DNA from: Mobula hypostoma
Lineage: Eukaryota
Assembly: GCF_963921235.1 (NCBI RefSeq)
Contig: NC_086097.1
Location: 95,296,001 to 95,360,000, forward strand
Reading direction: 5' to 3'
Length of the DNA stretch: 64,000 nucleotides
The position numbers were made by a program, and so were the translations under genes. Shown one piece after another: positions 39,166-52,600 of the stretch (positions within the stretch are counted from its first letter, which is position 1; every line of letters starts with the position of its first letter). A model generated the notes under the pieces. That model was given only the letters and a program-made list of their open reading frames with translations, had not been told where the DNA came from and made no database searches.

Positions 39166-39565
39166 TTGACATATTGGAATGGGAATGGGAAGTAGAATTA
39201 AAATGGGTAGCCACTGGAAGATCCCACTTGTTCTGGCAGACGGAGCATAGATGCTCGGCGAAGCGGTCTCCCAATCTACATCAGGTCTCACCGATGTACA
39301 GCAGGCCACACCAGCATGCACCAAACACGGCAAATGACCCCAACAGACTCACAGGTGAAGTACCACCTCACCTGGAAGGACTGTTTAGGGCCCTGGAGGA
39401 GGTGTAGGGGCAGGTGTAGCACTTGTTCTGTTGGCAAGGATGAGTGTCAGGAGGGAGATCAGTGGGGAGGGACAAATGGACAAGGGAGTCATATAGCAGA
39501 AAGCAGAAAGTGGAGGGAGGAAAAGATGTGCTTGGTGGTGAGATCCCGTTGAAAGTGGCGAAAAT
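39166..39565 (-). mobile_element. PLE GIY-YIG fragment
   Basis: Minus strand GLLYIGET..RLGDRFAEHLCSVCQNKWDLPVATHFNS, homologous to 19101-19380. Confidence 0.85.
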
Positions 39566-39811
39566 TATGGAGAATTATGTGCTATACACCTTTTACACTG
39601 CCTGAAAGAGTGGTGGAAGTCAAGTTGCTGGCAACACTTAACAAAGTTCTTGATGAGCACTAAAATTGCCCAGGTATAGAAAGCTATGGGCCAAGTACTG
39701 GAAAGTGGGATTAAAAAGGATAGGTGCCCACTGTTTGGTATGAACTTGAAATGAATAGCCAGTTTCAATGCTGTTTGATTATGACTGAAGATTTACATGA
39801 GGCTTCTTTAA

Positions 39812-40010
39812 GGAGCAGCACACAATCTGCTGGATGAACTCAGCAGGTCAAGCAGCATCTGTGGGGGACAGGAACTGTCAGTGTTTCAGATCGCAAACCT
39901 GCATCAGAATCTGAGCCAGATCTCAACCAAAAATGTTGACAATTCCTTCAACTCCACACCCCCCCCCACCCCACCCCAACAGATCTGAGTTCCTCCAGCT
40001 CCAGATTTCA
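39812..40010. mobile_element. Old fold-back PLE-terminus insertion with decayed hammerhead
   Basis: ctgctggatgaactcagcaggtc..; minus CTGATGC..GAAAC at about 39875-39910; opposite arm ctgagttcctccagc. Confidence 0.6.
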
Positions 40011-40886
40011 GCCAATGCTTCTTTAGAGGATTGGCCAGAATTCAAAATCTTAGTATTAGCAAAATGAAATGAAGAAAAATAAGATGGATTTTGAGAAGAA
40101 TATTCTTTTTGGAAATCATTAAGGAAGGCTAAAGAATGGACAAAGAAACATTTAGCCAGTGCATTTCTTCATTTGATTATTGCCATGAACCAACTATTTA
40201 ACCAAGAAGAAGGTGGAGAGTACTTCTGCTAGCAGCGAAGAGTTATGATCTGGATGTGTTTTCTGGAAGAGCGCTGGAAGCCAATCCAATTGCATCTTTC
40301 AAATGATAATTGGACAAATATTTAAAATGGAGAAAACACAGAGCCACAGGCTGTGAAAATAATTGCATTTTCAAAAAGCACTACAAGTATGAAGGACTGA
40401 ATAAGTTCCTTTTGTATCGTGAATTTCACAATTCTATTCAATAATTTGTATATATCTAAGACAAATATCACCAGATATTACTCAGGAAAATCAACACAAG
40501 TCAAACAGGAGGCTGCAATTCATTGATTTATTGCCCTAATATTACAGATTATCAGAAATATTCAGTCAAATGCAGATTCAGATTGAAATGTATTTATCCA
40601 ACGCACATCGAAACATACAGTAAAATGTGTTGTTTGCGTTAACAACCAACACACCCAAGGATGCCCCAGGGCACCAACAAGTGCTGCCACATAGAAAAGA
40701 TGCTGCCGAAAATCTGAAATAATACTCTGCAGAAAGCTGGAACAATTCTCCTTCCTGCATTTATCACCACTGTCTTAATGCAACACCAACTGCTACGTGT
40801 CAAGTTGATACTAAGAAAGGGAATGTTGCACTGTGCCCTCATGCAGTCAGGCTCAGATGCTTTAGGAATATTCTCTACATCCAGGG

Positions 40887-40937
40887 CAGGGGCTCCCAAC
40901 CTGGGGTCCATGGCATAAAAAAGTTTGGGAATCCCTG
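40887..40937. mobile_element. Tiny hAT-type MITE
   Basis: caggggctcccaacc..tttgggaatccctg inverted termini. Confidence 0.55.
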
Positions 40938-43900
40938 ATGTAGACAAACAATGTTCTCAATGAACATTCTTGTATTCCAGGTTCCACAAAGTTCTGCTGA
41001 AAATACTAATGGTGGTTACACTGAGTACAGTTGCCCAGCCATGAAAGAGTGACCTTTCTCATTGATAAACACCTTCCTCCCTCTAACTACAATATATCAC
41101 AGAATGGACACTGACTTTTCGCCACGATAATCACTCTTCAATGAATTGCTCCATGGCTGTTTTGTGGCCAGAGGGTTGGAGTGCTGAGGTGCAGGGTGTA
41201 AATTAAACAAAAGACCAACAAACAGGTAGCCTGTCCTGATAATCAAACAGTACGGTTACTTCTGCATGCAGATGGAAAAAGCAGGAACCCATACTGTCCC
41301 AACAGCTGCTTCATGGGGTGAGGGAAGAGTCTGTACACGGCAGGAAATAGGTTACCAGTGAATGTGTGAATGCATGCCCATGCAAATAATGGGCATGGGA
41401 ATATATGACTGAGAAAAGACCTGCATTTTTACGATATTTATCACAAAATATCCAAAAAGTGCCCCAAAATGCTGCGTAGAGCTGAAAAACTACTTTAGAA
41501 ACAAATTATTATTGCAATGTAGGAAAGCTAGCATCTAATCTGTGCACAGCAACATCCCAAAACAGCAATGAAATAATAACTGGGTACCCTTCAGTTAATA
41601 AAGTTGGACAAATGATAAATATTGCCTACTTGCTTTTGAAATGGCTCTTTGGAGATCTTTTACAGTACAGCACTTTCTCAGGAATCCACTGGGATTGTCA
41701 ACCTAGAATGTGCATTCATTTGTCAATTGGGGTATAACAGCAAAATACTTTTCAAACTGAACTGCAGTTATCTTGGACAGCAGTTCAAACTAAAGGCACA
41801 AAAGGTGCAATACCTGTCAACCAAGCAACTTATTCCTGCCAACTTCAACCCCCAAAATGTTAATCAACACCAAACACAGCATTCCTGTTTCTCATTCAGT
41901 TTATCAGAATAGCGTGACTAAATCTGTTAAATTTGGCAAGGGAACATCAGGTGCTGTTAAATAGATAACAGATAAGCATTTTAAAGTAATTTAAGGCAGG
42001 TCTCCAGGTTCATTCTTTGCCTGTTGATATGACTGACAGTTGCTGCAGGGAAGACAAAGAGTTTTCTTCCCTGCATGTCAGCATCAGGTTACCACTAATA
42101 AGGTTATCCTCAGTCCAGAGAAGGGAGAGACAACAAGAAATAGTGCTGACAGCAAAAAACAAAGACACAGTTTAAACAGTTTGTTAGTACTTTTCAGCCT
42201 TCAGGGAGTACATACAAACTGGCCCCAAACCCGCACTCCATAAGAAAACGTCAACACAATTCCAGAAAGCAATAATGCTGCACAATACAGCTAAATCCTA
42301 CAGCTAAGGGGAATATAGATGGAGATGGAGACATTTGGAACAAAAAGGATTTAGAAAAAGGGAGTGTTTCATGCACAGGAAATATAGGCAGGAAAAGGAT
42401 AGACTATAGATATTACAGATAAATAAAGAAGGTATAAGATAAAAAATAAAAATATTGAGAGAGAAAGAAAACAAAGGACATAGCAAGTGAATTAATACAC
42501 GATTGAACCAAAATTAGCCTTAACACACTAAGTTAGGAGAGGTAGAAGCCATCTAGGGTATCACTGCTGATCACCACCTCTCCAGATAAGTATATTTGTG
42601 TGGCTAGTGGAAGGTTGGCTGAGAGAGAAAAAGGTAGTCAACAGCCATGTTTAAGGCACAGTACTTTTAGGATACAGATTATGCAGTGGATGCAAACTGC
42701 AGTAACATGCAGCGCACGAAACAGGCAGTGAGCAAACAGACATAGATCAGACAGTGAACATGCAACCGCCGATCAAGCAGTGAACACAAATATCAGGCAA
42801 TGAATTTTGACCACCACCAGTAAGGGGAATGAGCCAGGGTGGGGAAAAGAAATTGAAGGTATTGAGTGCACTGTAAAATATAGAGAGACTGGGAAAGGAA
42901 CTATTGGTAATCTGTCATTTCTATAAGCAATTGGACAAAAGTTATGCTGTCAAAGTAACAGAAAATAACTTCACTCAGGTCTTTTAACTGATTGTTACTC
43001 AATTGCACAGTCATTCTACATCTGGAAGACATAAAGATTAAATACAAGTTCCATGATGTGCATCTACAGATTTCCAAAAAAAAAATGTTTTGGCCAATTG
43101 ACTGCTTGATACAACTTTTGACAGATACATTTGAACTGCATACAAATGACCCTGGAGCATTTTATTCAGCCTGTAGTATATCGCTAAAGCCAATAACCAC
43201 CTTAAAAGAAACTACTTTTACTACTTCAGCTCTGTAGTGACTTGGCATAAGGATAATATATCAGATTGTATGGGATGGCTTTGCTTAGAAATAATCTTCA
43301 GTGGAATCAGCAAGATAAAGACACCCATTTTAAACTGCCCAGTGTATCTTTTAAATGTATCTCCCCAGCTGCACAGTACCTAAACTGTAAAGTGGTGTTC
43401 GTGACTCTTAAAGAATTCCCATGGTTATACTTGTTGTTTCTTACACTTCCCGCTACATCTGACCTTTCTGTTTTGCTTTACCATAGGCCATTGGTGAAAC
43501 AACAGCGATATTATGAGTAAAACTAACAAGAACACTGTGGAAAAAGTAAATTGGATTAAAAAGAAACTAACTTGTAAAGCAAATCTGTAACAGTTAAACA
43601 GCTTCAAAATTTATATATTTCACTCTGAAACACAATTTAACAAAACTGTCTGTTGTGTCTTTCTCCACCTTTAATATTTTTTACTTCAAGATCTCAGCTC
43701 CCCATACATACCTCAATCATTCTCCACCATTCACTTCAATCATGGCTAGAGTGCATGTTAACTCTGCATATTGAATTTTGCTCCTAAGATTTTGCTACTC
43801 TATATGACAGCATCCACAACCCACAGGAAGAGAAGATTCCAAATTCTCATTAAACTGTGGATGAAAAAAAGTGCTGCTTGATTTTCCCACCCTAAATATA

Positions 43901-46859
43901 ATTTTAATTTAAAAAATTTGCACAATACTTCTCCAATTCAGCACTTTTGAATACTCTTAGGTGCATTTCATTGCCACTAGTCACCATTTTAACTGCGCAC
44001 TGCAGCTTGGAAGTTGAGCAAACGAGCAGAAAAATGGCGGACATGATCTTACATAATGTCTTTCACAACCACAGAACAACTGAAAGCTTTTGCCAACAGT
44101 GAAATAATTTGGAAGAAGAGTTACTATTGTAAAGTTGGAAATGGAAAAGGCAGTTTGCACAGACCACGATCCTTCCTGAAAGTGTAGTGAGAGCATGAGT
44201 TTATTATTTCATCTGAAATGTGGCAAATTCAACAGTGCAGCTCTGTTTTAGTGGATTACATAAATGACAGCCAAGATTCTGTGTGCAGGAACCAGGAGTG
44301 GGATCAGTCTCAGAGGCGATAGCACTGCCCACTGAGCCATAGCCAATACTGCATATGCAGCCGGAGAAAAAGGAACAACAATGCGAGGACTACAGAGACC
44401 AGTTGCTGACACCAACCATGAGCAAGGCTATGGAAATGCACCAGAAAATTTAAGAGCTACAAACAGAAATATCATCAAGGGTGCATTTTTCCTGAATAGG
44501 TTCATATTGAATTCCCCCTCAAAATACACCCGAGGTGCACTCTTCCCTACAGAATATGCTGGATCAGAAAACTTGAATTCATACTATTCGTAAGTGTTTT
44601 AAAACCAAATAATTTGTTTTGCAGACAAGTAATTGACGCCAAAGTGGATATTTGGGAGATATGATTTTCTAAACACTATTGCTATGGCAAAGATTATAAA
44701 CTGGGCACGTTACAGTACTTGTGAAGGAATATGTTACAGAGCATGTGACTTGCTACAAAATATCTTAGGTATTTTTCTCCAATCAATGTGAAATGTGTGT
44801 TTTTCCCTATAGAATAAACTGCATGACTTTCTAGATCTGAAAGTTATAAAGATAGGAATATTTTGGAAGGAACAGCACCAACATGTTATTATCATTGGTT
44901 TATCAACAAGTGGGAAGACCACTTGAGTACAGAATTTCCACGTGAATGCTCATAACACCCAGCATCATCTCATTACATATGCCTTTTGACCCTTCCACTG
45001 TCTTCAGGTTTTTAGATTGCTTATCAACATCTGGTTGATCAGAAATTTCATCCAACCATATATTAGCAGACCAAAACCAATGCCTTCAGTTCCCACGATT
45101 GCCCCACTGGCTCTTCAGAAACAGCTTGAACTTGAACCATGCTATTCACAAATTTCATCATATTTGAGATGAGCTTTGGACCCAAAATTCAGGTCACCAC
45201 CAAAACCATCCATTCTTACTTGAACGCATGGCAAATGAGAAATAATTTTATCCAAGTATGGAATTTCACTGAAATGACAAACATGGGAACAGCCCTTCAG
45301 CCCCAAAGATCTAAGTTGTTGTCTAGACGTTCCTGCCTAAATTCTACCAATATGTTGATTTTGCTACCAGAGGTGAAAATACACAAGATCTGGTTTATAC
45401 CAATATACCAGGTGTCTGTAAAGCAGCCTTTTGACCCCACATTGGACTCTCAGATCACTATCTGTAATGTTAATTCCAGCATACAAACCTGTGATCAAAC
45501 ACATCAAACCAGTTCTAAATGTAGTGAAAACCGGGCCTGAGGGTACGATCTCTGCACTGCAGGACTGTTTGATAATATGAACTGGAGAATGTTCAGGGAG
45601 GTTGCTACCTATGGCAACCATGTTAACATTGAGGAATATGTGGATTCTGTGACCAGCTACACAGGGAAGTGTACTGAGGATATTACCATCACAAAACACA
45701 CCTGGCTGAGGGCCAATCTGAAGCCATTGCTTGATGCAGAGATCCGTTCATGGCTGAGAGATCGCGATTCTGCCTTTAGATCGGGGGATGTGACAACTCT
45801 CAGGGAAGCAGGAACTGTGCTTTCCCACTCCATCAGGAAGGGGAGATAGGAGTGTTCTTAGAGAATTTACAGTCACTTCTGCAATACCAGAGACACGAGG
45901 CGCATATGGCAGGGAATTCAGAAGATTACAGACTACAAGTCTACCTGCACATCAGTGACAAGGATGCTTCACTTCCTGAGAGGCCACATGTCTTCTACAC
46001 CCAGCTTAATGTGCAGAACAAAGTGCAGGCGAGGAAGGCACCCCTCTCCCCAGGGGAGCAGACACCCCATCTGGCTGAAGCTGAGGTGAGGAAGACCCTG
46101 GTCAGGGTCAACCCCCACAAAGCTGTAGCGCCCGCTAATATACCAGGTCGGGATCTGAAAGACTGTGTAACCCAACTGACAGAGGTGCTGATGGACATAT
46201 TCAACGTCTCTCTGAAAGAATCCATTGTCCCCGCGATTTTCAGCGTGGCAACCATCATTCCGGTGCCAAAGAAGGTGACAGTAACCTGCCTAAATGACTA
46301 TCACCCAATGGCATTAACATCAACCATTATGAAATGCCTTGAATGGCTGGTCATGGAGCACATTAAAGCCTTTCTTCCAGCTCCATTGGACCCATTCCAG
46401 TTTGCTTATCGCTCAGATCAATCCACTGACAATCCAATAGTCTCTGCCCTCCACCTTGTCCTGTCCCACCTGGAAAATCAGGTCTCGTATACCAAACTGC
46501 TGTTTACAGGCTTCAGTTCAACGTTCAACACCACCATGCCCAGAAACTGGAGGTGAAACTGTCCTCACTGGGTCTCAACACCTCCCTCTGCAATTGGATA
46601 CTGGACTTCTTAACAGTAATGCCACAGTCAGTCCTTGCAGGCAGCACCATCTCGTCCCATTATGCTGAACACCTGCGTTCCACGAGACGTGTGCTCAGCC
46701 TGCTGCTGTTCACACTGCTGAGGTACGACTGTGTCACAGGATCCAGCTCAAACCAAGTAATCAAGTTTGCGGATGACATAGCAGAGGTTGGCCTCATCGA
46801 GAATGATGACCAGATGAAGAATAGAGAGGAACTGGAGTGGACAATGTTGGAGAAATTTT

Positions 46860-46981
46860 CAAATCTCTTACTAACTCTTCCTTCAGTTAGTCCTGACGAA
46901 GGGTCTTGGCCTGAAACGTCGACTGTACCTCTTCCTAGAGGTGCTGCCTGGCCTGCTGCGTTCACCAGCAACTTTGATGTG
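46860..46981 (+). mobile_element. PLE family A terminal fragment
   Basis: Direct repeat tgttggagaaatttt at 46845-46859 and 46982-46996; near-identical to 19763-19890. Confidence 0.88.
46887..46925 (+). ncRNA. Minimal hammerhead ribozyme motif, best-preserved copy (PLE family A)
   Basis: agtc-CTGACGA-a-gggtc/tt/ggcct-GAAAC-GTC-gact; helix I agtc/gact intact; predicted cleavage after C46920. Confidence 0.8.
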
Positions 46982-47720
46982 TGTTGGAGAAATTTTGTCT
47001 CATTTCTATATATATTATATACATGTATGTAGTTAAATGACAATGAACTTCACTTGACAGTTGGCTAAGATCAAATACTCTCTCTGTTTGCCTCAATGAG
47101 TATAGTCCTGCAAACTGCAATCCATCCCCTGATGGATTGGTGAGAGAAGAACAACCCAAGCTTGAATATGAAGACGACTTTAGAAAGGTGCAGACGAACC
47201 ATCCCCCTCAGTGAACAAGAAGGCACAGCAGCGTCTCTACTTCTTAAGAAGATTGAGGCAAGCGGGCCTCCCCACTCCCACGTTAACTGCGTTTTACAGG
47301 AGTACCATTGAGAACTTCCTGACAAGCTGCATCTCCTGGTATGGGAGCAGTAGAACATCGGACCAGAAGTCCCTACAAAGGACTGTGAGAACAGTTGAGA
47401 GGATCAGAGTGGTCTTCCTACCATTCATCAGGGATATTCATCAGGAGCACTGCGTAAGCAGGGCCCTTACTATTATTAAGAATCCCACCCAGCCATCCAA
47501 CATCCTCTTTGACTTTCTACCATCAGGCAGGAGACTACAATGCATAAAAACAGGAATGGTCAGGATGAGAAACCATTTCTTCCCCAAGGCTATTTGGTTT
47601 CTGAACTCCCCGTTACATCGTATTCGAAGTGTTACTGGCTAATCTGTTCCTTACCTTACAATATTTAATATTATTGCACTTCAGTTTGTTATTTATGTGT
47701 GATTCATCTGTAGAATTTTT

Positions 47721-48343
47721 TTAGATTATGAAGACACGCAGTCCTCTTTTATTGTCATTTAGTAACGCATGCATTAAGAAATGATACAATATTTCCTCCG
47801 GTGTGATATCACAAAACACAGGACAGACCAAGACTGAAAAAAACTAACAAAACCACATAATTATAACATATAGTTACAACAGTGCAACAATACCATAACT
47901 TGATGAAGAAGTCCATGAGCACAGTAGAAGTTCAAAGTCTCTCAAATGTCCCACATCTCACGTAGACAGGAGAAGGAAGAAAAACTCTCCTTGCCATACC
48001 CGACCACGGTCCGACTCTGAGTCATCCGAAAACTTCGAGCTCTGATCAGCTCTCCGACACTGAGTACTGAGCGCCATCTCTATCCGAACGATTCGACCTT
48101 CATCTCGGTCGCCAACAGCAGGCAAAGCCAGGGATTTTGAGGCTTTCCCTCCAAAAGATTCCTGACTGCGCAGTAACGACAGCAGCAAATGAGCGTTTCA
48201 GAAATTTTTCCAGATGTTCCTCTGTGCTTTCACATCCATTTGCCATCAAATCAGAATTGTCCACAGCCCCTATTTAACAGATACGATATCATTTTTCACC
48301 AGAAGGCTGTGCACACGCAGCACGCTGCTTCTCTCTCCTCCCG
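47721..48343 (-). mobile_element. Non-coding SINE-like retroposon, copy 2 (diverged subfamily of 8646-9328)
   Basis: Collinear similarity, including ggaacatctgg..ttctgaaa, gctcgaagttttcgga.gactcagagtcgg and the 3' gaggactgcgtgtcttcataatcta. Confidence 0.75.
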
Positions 48344-48735
48344 CTATCCTTACCTTCATAAGTTATCGGATGTTATGTGTACTACTACACTTCACACCCA
48401 GGTTTGGAGAAATGTTGTCTCATTTCTATATATATTATATGGTTATATACATGATATACATGTATGTAGTTAAATGACAATAAATTTCACTTCACAGTTG
48501 ACCAAGATCAAATATGCTCACTGTTTGCCTCAATGCGTACAGTCCTACAAACTGTAAGAAATCTAACACTATCTAAGTAAATGCAAATTTCTTCTGTCCA
48601 CTATGGTGGCTGTAGTTCAAAATTCAAAGAACATTCAGTATCAAAGTACACCTATGTCACCAAACCTGAGATTAATTTTCTTGTGGGTATTCACAGTAAA
48701 TTCAAAGAAACACAATAGAATCAGTAAAAAACTAC

Positions 48736-49046
48736 GAGGCATCCGTTAATCTTGCAAGACCATGGATCTGTGCCTGGAAAGTCTTCACTCTCCAGCGCGC
48801 AGGCCTGGGCAAGGTTGTATGGGAGACCAGTAGTTGCCCACGCTGCAAGTCTCCCCTCTCCACGACACTGATGTTGTCCAAGGGAAGGGCATTAGGACCC
48901 ATACAGCTTGGCACCAGTGTTGTCGCAGAGCAACGTGTGGTTAAGTGCCTTGCTCAAGGACACAACACGCGTTGCCTCGGCTGGGGCTTGAACCCTCAAC
49001 CTTCAGATCATTAGTCGAATGCCTTAACCATTTGCCACGTGCCCAC
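48736..49046 (-). mobile_element. tRNA-derived SINE with CORE-like central domain
   Basis: A-box tggcaaatggtt, B-box ggttcaagccc, then tgtgtccttgagcaaggcacttaacc. Confidence 0.75.
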
Positions 49047-49682
49047 CAATAAAAATAAAAAACTACACACAACACACAACAAAAATGGACAAATAAACGA
49101 TGTGCAAAAGAAAACAAAATGTGCAAATACAAAAAGAGGGGAAAAACAAAATAATATAATAATAAACAAACAATAAATATTGACAACATGAGTTGTAGAG
49201 TCCTTGAAAGTGAATCCATAGGTTGTTAAACCAGTTCAGTATTGGGTTGAGTAAAGTTGAGTGGAGTTGTCCCCTTTGGTTCAAGAGCAAAAAAACCCAA
49301 ATATAAACACAGAAATAAGTAAGTACATAAGCAATACCAAGAATATGAGTTGTAGAGTGCTCGAGTGAGTCCACAGGCTGTGTTCAGTGATCAGTTCAGT
49401 GTTGAGGTGAGTGATGCTACCCACGCTGGATCCCCACAGGAGCCTGATAGTTGAGGGGAAATAACTGCACCTGAAACTGGTGGGGTGGGACCTGAGGCTC
49501 CTGTATCTCCTTCCTGATGGCAGCAGTGAGAAGAGACACTACCTAGATGGTGGGAGTCTTTGGTGATGTGACAGCACTCCTCGTAGAAGTGATATAACCA
49601 GTCAGTATACTCTCACCACACATCTACAGATGTTTGCCTAAGTTCAAAGTAAATTTATTATCAAAGTGCATATATGTCCAAA

Positions 49683-52600
49683 AGACCATAAGACATAAGA
49701 GCAGAATTAGGCCATTTGGCCTATCAAGTCTGTTCCGCCATTCAATCATGGCTGATCCTTTCCCCCCCAACATCATTCCCCAACCTTCTCCCCATAATTT
49801 TTGATACCATGTCCAATCAAGAACCTATTGATCTCTCTCTTAAATACACACAATGAATCACCCCCACAGCTTAACAATTGACCCCAACATCTTCCCAACC
49901 ACTAAGGTCAGCCTAACTGGTCTATAATTTCTTTTCTGCTGCCTTCCTCTTTTCTTAAAGAGTGGAGTGACATTTGCAAATTTCTAGTCCCCTGGCACCA
50001 TTCCAGAGTCCAACGATTTTTGAAGGATCATTGCTCATGCCTCGACAAACTCTACCGCTACCTCTTTCAGAACCTTAGGGTACAGTCCATCTGGTCTGGG
50101 TGACTTATGTACCCTTACGTCTTTCAGCTTTTGGAACACTTTCTCCCTTGTAATAATAACTGCACTCACTTCTCTTCCTTCACACACTGCAACATTTGGG
50201 TCACTGCTAGTGTCTTCCACAGTGAAGACTGATGCAAAATACTCATTTAGTTCATCTGCCATCTCCTTGGCCCCTGTTATTATTTCTCTGGGCTCATTTT
50301 CTAGTGGTCCTACATCCACTCTCATCTCTCTTTTATTTTTTTACATAGTTGACAAAGCTTTTATAATCCACTTTGATATTGTTTGCTAGTTTGCTTTCAG
50401 GTTTCATCTTTTCTCTCCTAATGATTCATTTAGTTGCTATCTGTAGGTTTTTAAAAGCATCCCAATGCTCTATCTTTCCACTAATTTTTGCTTTGTTGTA
50501 TGCCCTCTCTTTTCTTTTTACATTAGTTTTGACTTCCTTTGTGAGCCATGGTTATACTGTTTTGCCATTTGAGTATTTCTTCATTTTTGGAATACATCTG
50601 TCCTGCACCTTCCTCATTTTTCCCAGAAACTCACACCATTAATGCTCTGTGTCATTCCTGCCAGCAGCTCTTTCCAACTTACTTTGGTCAACCAACACAC
50701 ATAAAAGTTGCTGGTGAACGCAGCAGGCCAGGCAGCATCTCTAGGAAGAGGTGCAGTCGACGTCTCAGCCTGGAACATCGACTGCACCTCTTCTTAGAGA
50801 TGCTGCCTGGCCTGCTGCGTTCACCAGCAACTTTTATGTGTGTTGATTGAATTTCCAGCATCTGCAGAATTCCTGTTGTTTACTTTGGTCAACTCCTCTC
50901 TTGTACCACTGTAATTTCCTTTACTCCATTAAAATACTGCTATGTCAGACTTTACTTTCTCCCTATCAAATTTCAAGTTGAACTCAATCGTATTGTGATC
51001 ACTGGCTCCTAAATCCTCTTTTACCTTAAGCTCTGGTTCATTACATACCACCCAATCCAGTATAGCTGATCCCCTAGTAGGTTCTAAAAAGCCATCTCAT
51101 AGGCATTCAATAAACTCACTCTCTTGAGATCCATTACCAACCTGATTTTCCCAATCAAAGTGCATATTAAAATCTCCCATGACTATCATGACATTGCCCT
51201 TTTGACATGCATTTTCTGTTTTCTGTTGTAATCTGTGGTCCACATCCCAGCTACTGTTGGGAGGCCTGTATATAACTGCCATCAGGGTCCTTTTACCCTT
51301 GGGGTTTCATAACTAAACCCACAAGGATTCAACATCTTCTGATCCTATGTCACATCTTTCTACTGATTTGATGACATTCTTTACCAGCAGAGCCACGCTA
51401 CCCCCTCTGCCTACTTTTCTATCCCTCCAATACAATGTGTAACCTTGGACGTTCAGCTTCCAACTACAACCACCCTTCATCTACAATTCAGTGATGGGCA
51501 CAACATCATACCTGATAATCTGTAATAGTGCAACAAGATCATTCACCTTGTTTGTTACACCCTTTGCATTGAGATATAACACTTTGAGTGCTACCCTTTT
51601 TCATTTTGCATCCCTAATGCACTAATACTCACCCTGCTGGCTACAATTTTGCCCTATCATCTGGCTGCCCTTCCTGAAAGCCTGACTGCACATTATCTTT
51701 GCTTTTTTATCATTCATCCTATCCTGAGTCCCTTCATTCCAGTTCCCACCCCCCTGCCAAATTAGTTTAAACCCTCCCCAGCAGCTCTAACAAACCTGCC
51801 CATGAGAATATTGGTCCCCTTCTGGTTCAGCTGCAACCCATCTACAGGTCATACCTCCCCCAGAAGAGATCCTGAAGCCCTGCCCCCCGCACCAACTTCT
51901 CAGCCACACATTTTTGTGCCAGATCATCCCTCACTAGAACATGGTACAGGTAACAATCCAGAAATTACTATCCTGGAGGTCCTGCTTCTCAGCTTGCTGC
52001 CTAGCTCTCTAAATTATCTCTTCAGGACCTCATTGGTTTTACTTCTTATGTCACCAATATGTACTAAAAAATCTGGCTCCTCTCCCTCCCCGTCTAAAAC
52101 GCTGTGGACATCCCTGACCCTGGGAGGCAACATACCTTGATATCAGAGATGTTCCTGATCCTGGCACCTGGGAGGCAACATACCATCTGGGTGTCCCATT
52201 CACGGCCACAGAGTCTCCTGTCTGTTCCTCTGACTATCACTAACACTCCCCTCTTCTCCCTCTTTCCCTTCTGCACCATGGACCCATGCTCAGTGCTCAT
52301 AACCTGGTCTCCATGGCATTCCGCTGGGAGGTCATCCTCCACACAAGTATTCAAAATTGGTATACTTATTTTTGAGGGGAATGGCAAAGGAGTGCTCTGT
52401 GCTCACTGCCTATTCACATTTCCATTTCTCCTGACAGTCACCCACCTACTTGCCTCCTGCAACTTTGGGGTAACTACTTCCCTGTAACGCTGATCAATTA
52501 TCTCCTCACTCTCCCGCACAAGCTGAGGGTCAGCCAGCTGCTCTCCAGATCCCTAACATGGTCTTCCAGGAGCTGCAGCTGGATGCACTTAACACAGATG

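Larger units (their letters stand above)
45535..48485 (+). mobile_element. Rex1/Babar LINE ORF and 3' UTR with nested insertions
   Basis: VNPHKAV.P.NIPG, IIPVPKK..CLNDYHPMALTS, LDPFQFAYR, KFADD, KKAQQRLYFLRRL, LPSGRRL; tail gttaaatgacaataaa. Confidence 0.9.

Noticed and set aside
48975..49046. tRNA gene
   Set aside because: It is the tRNA-derived head of a SINE, continuous with the SINE body; I see no complete acceptor stem
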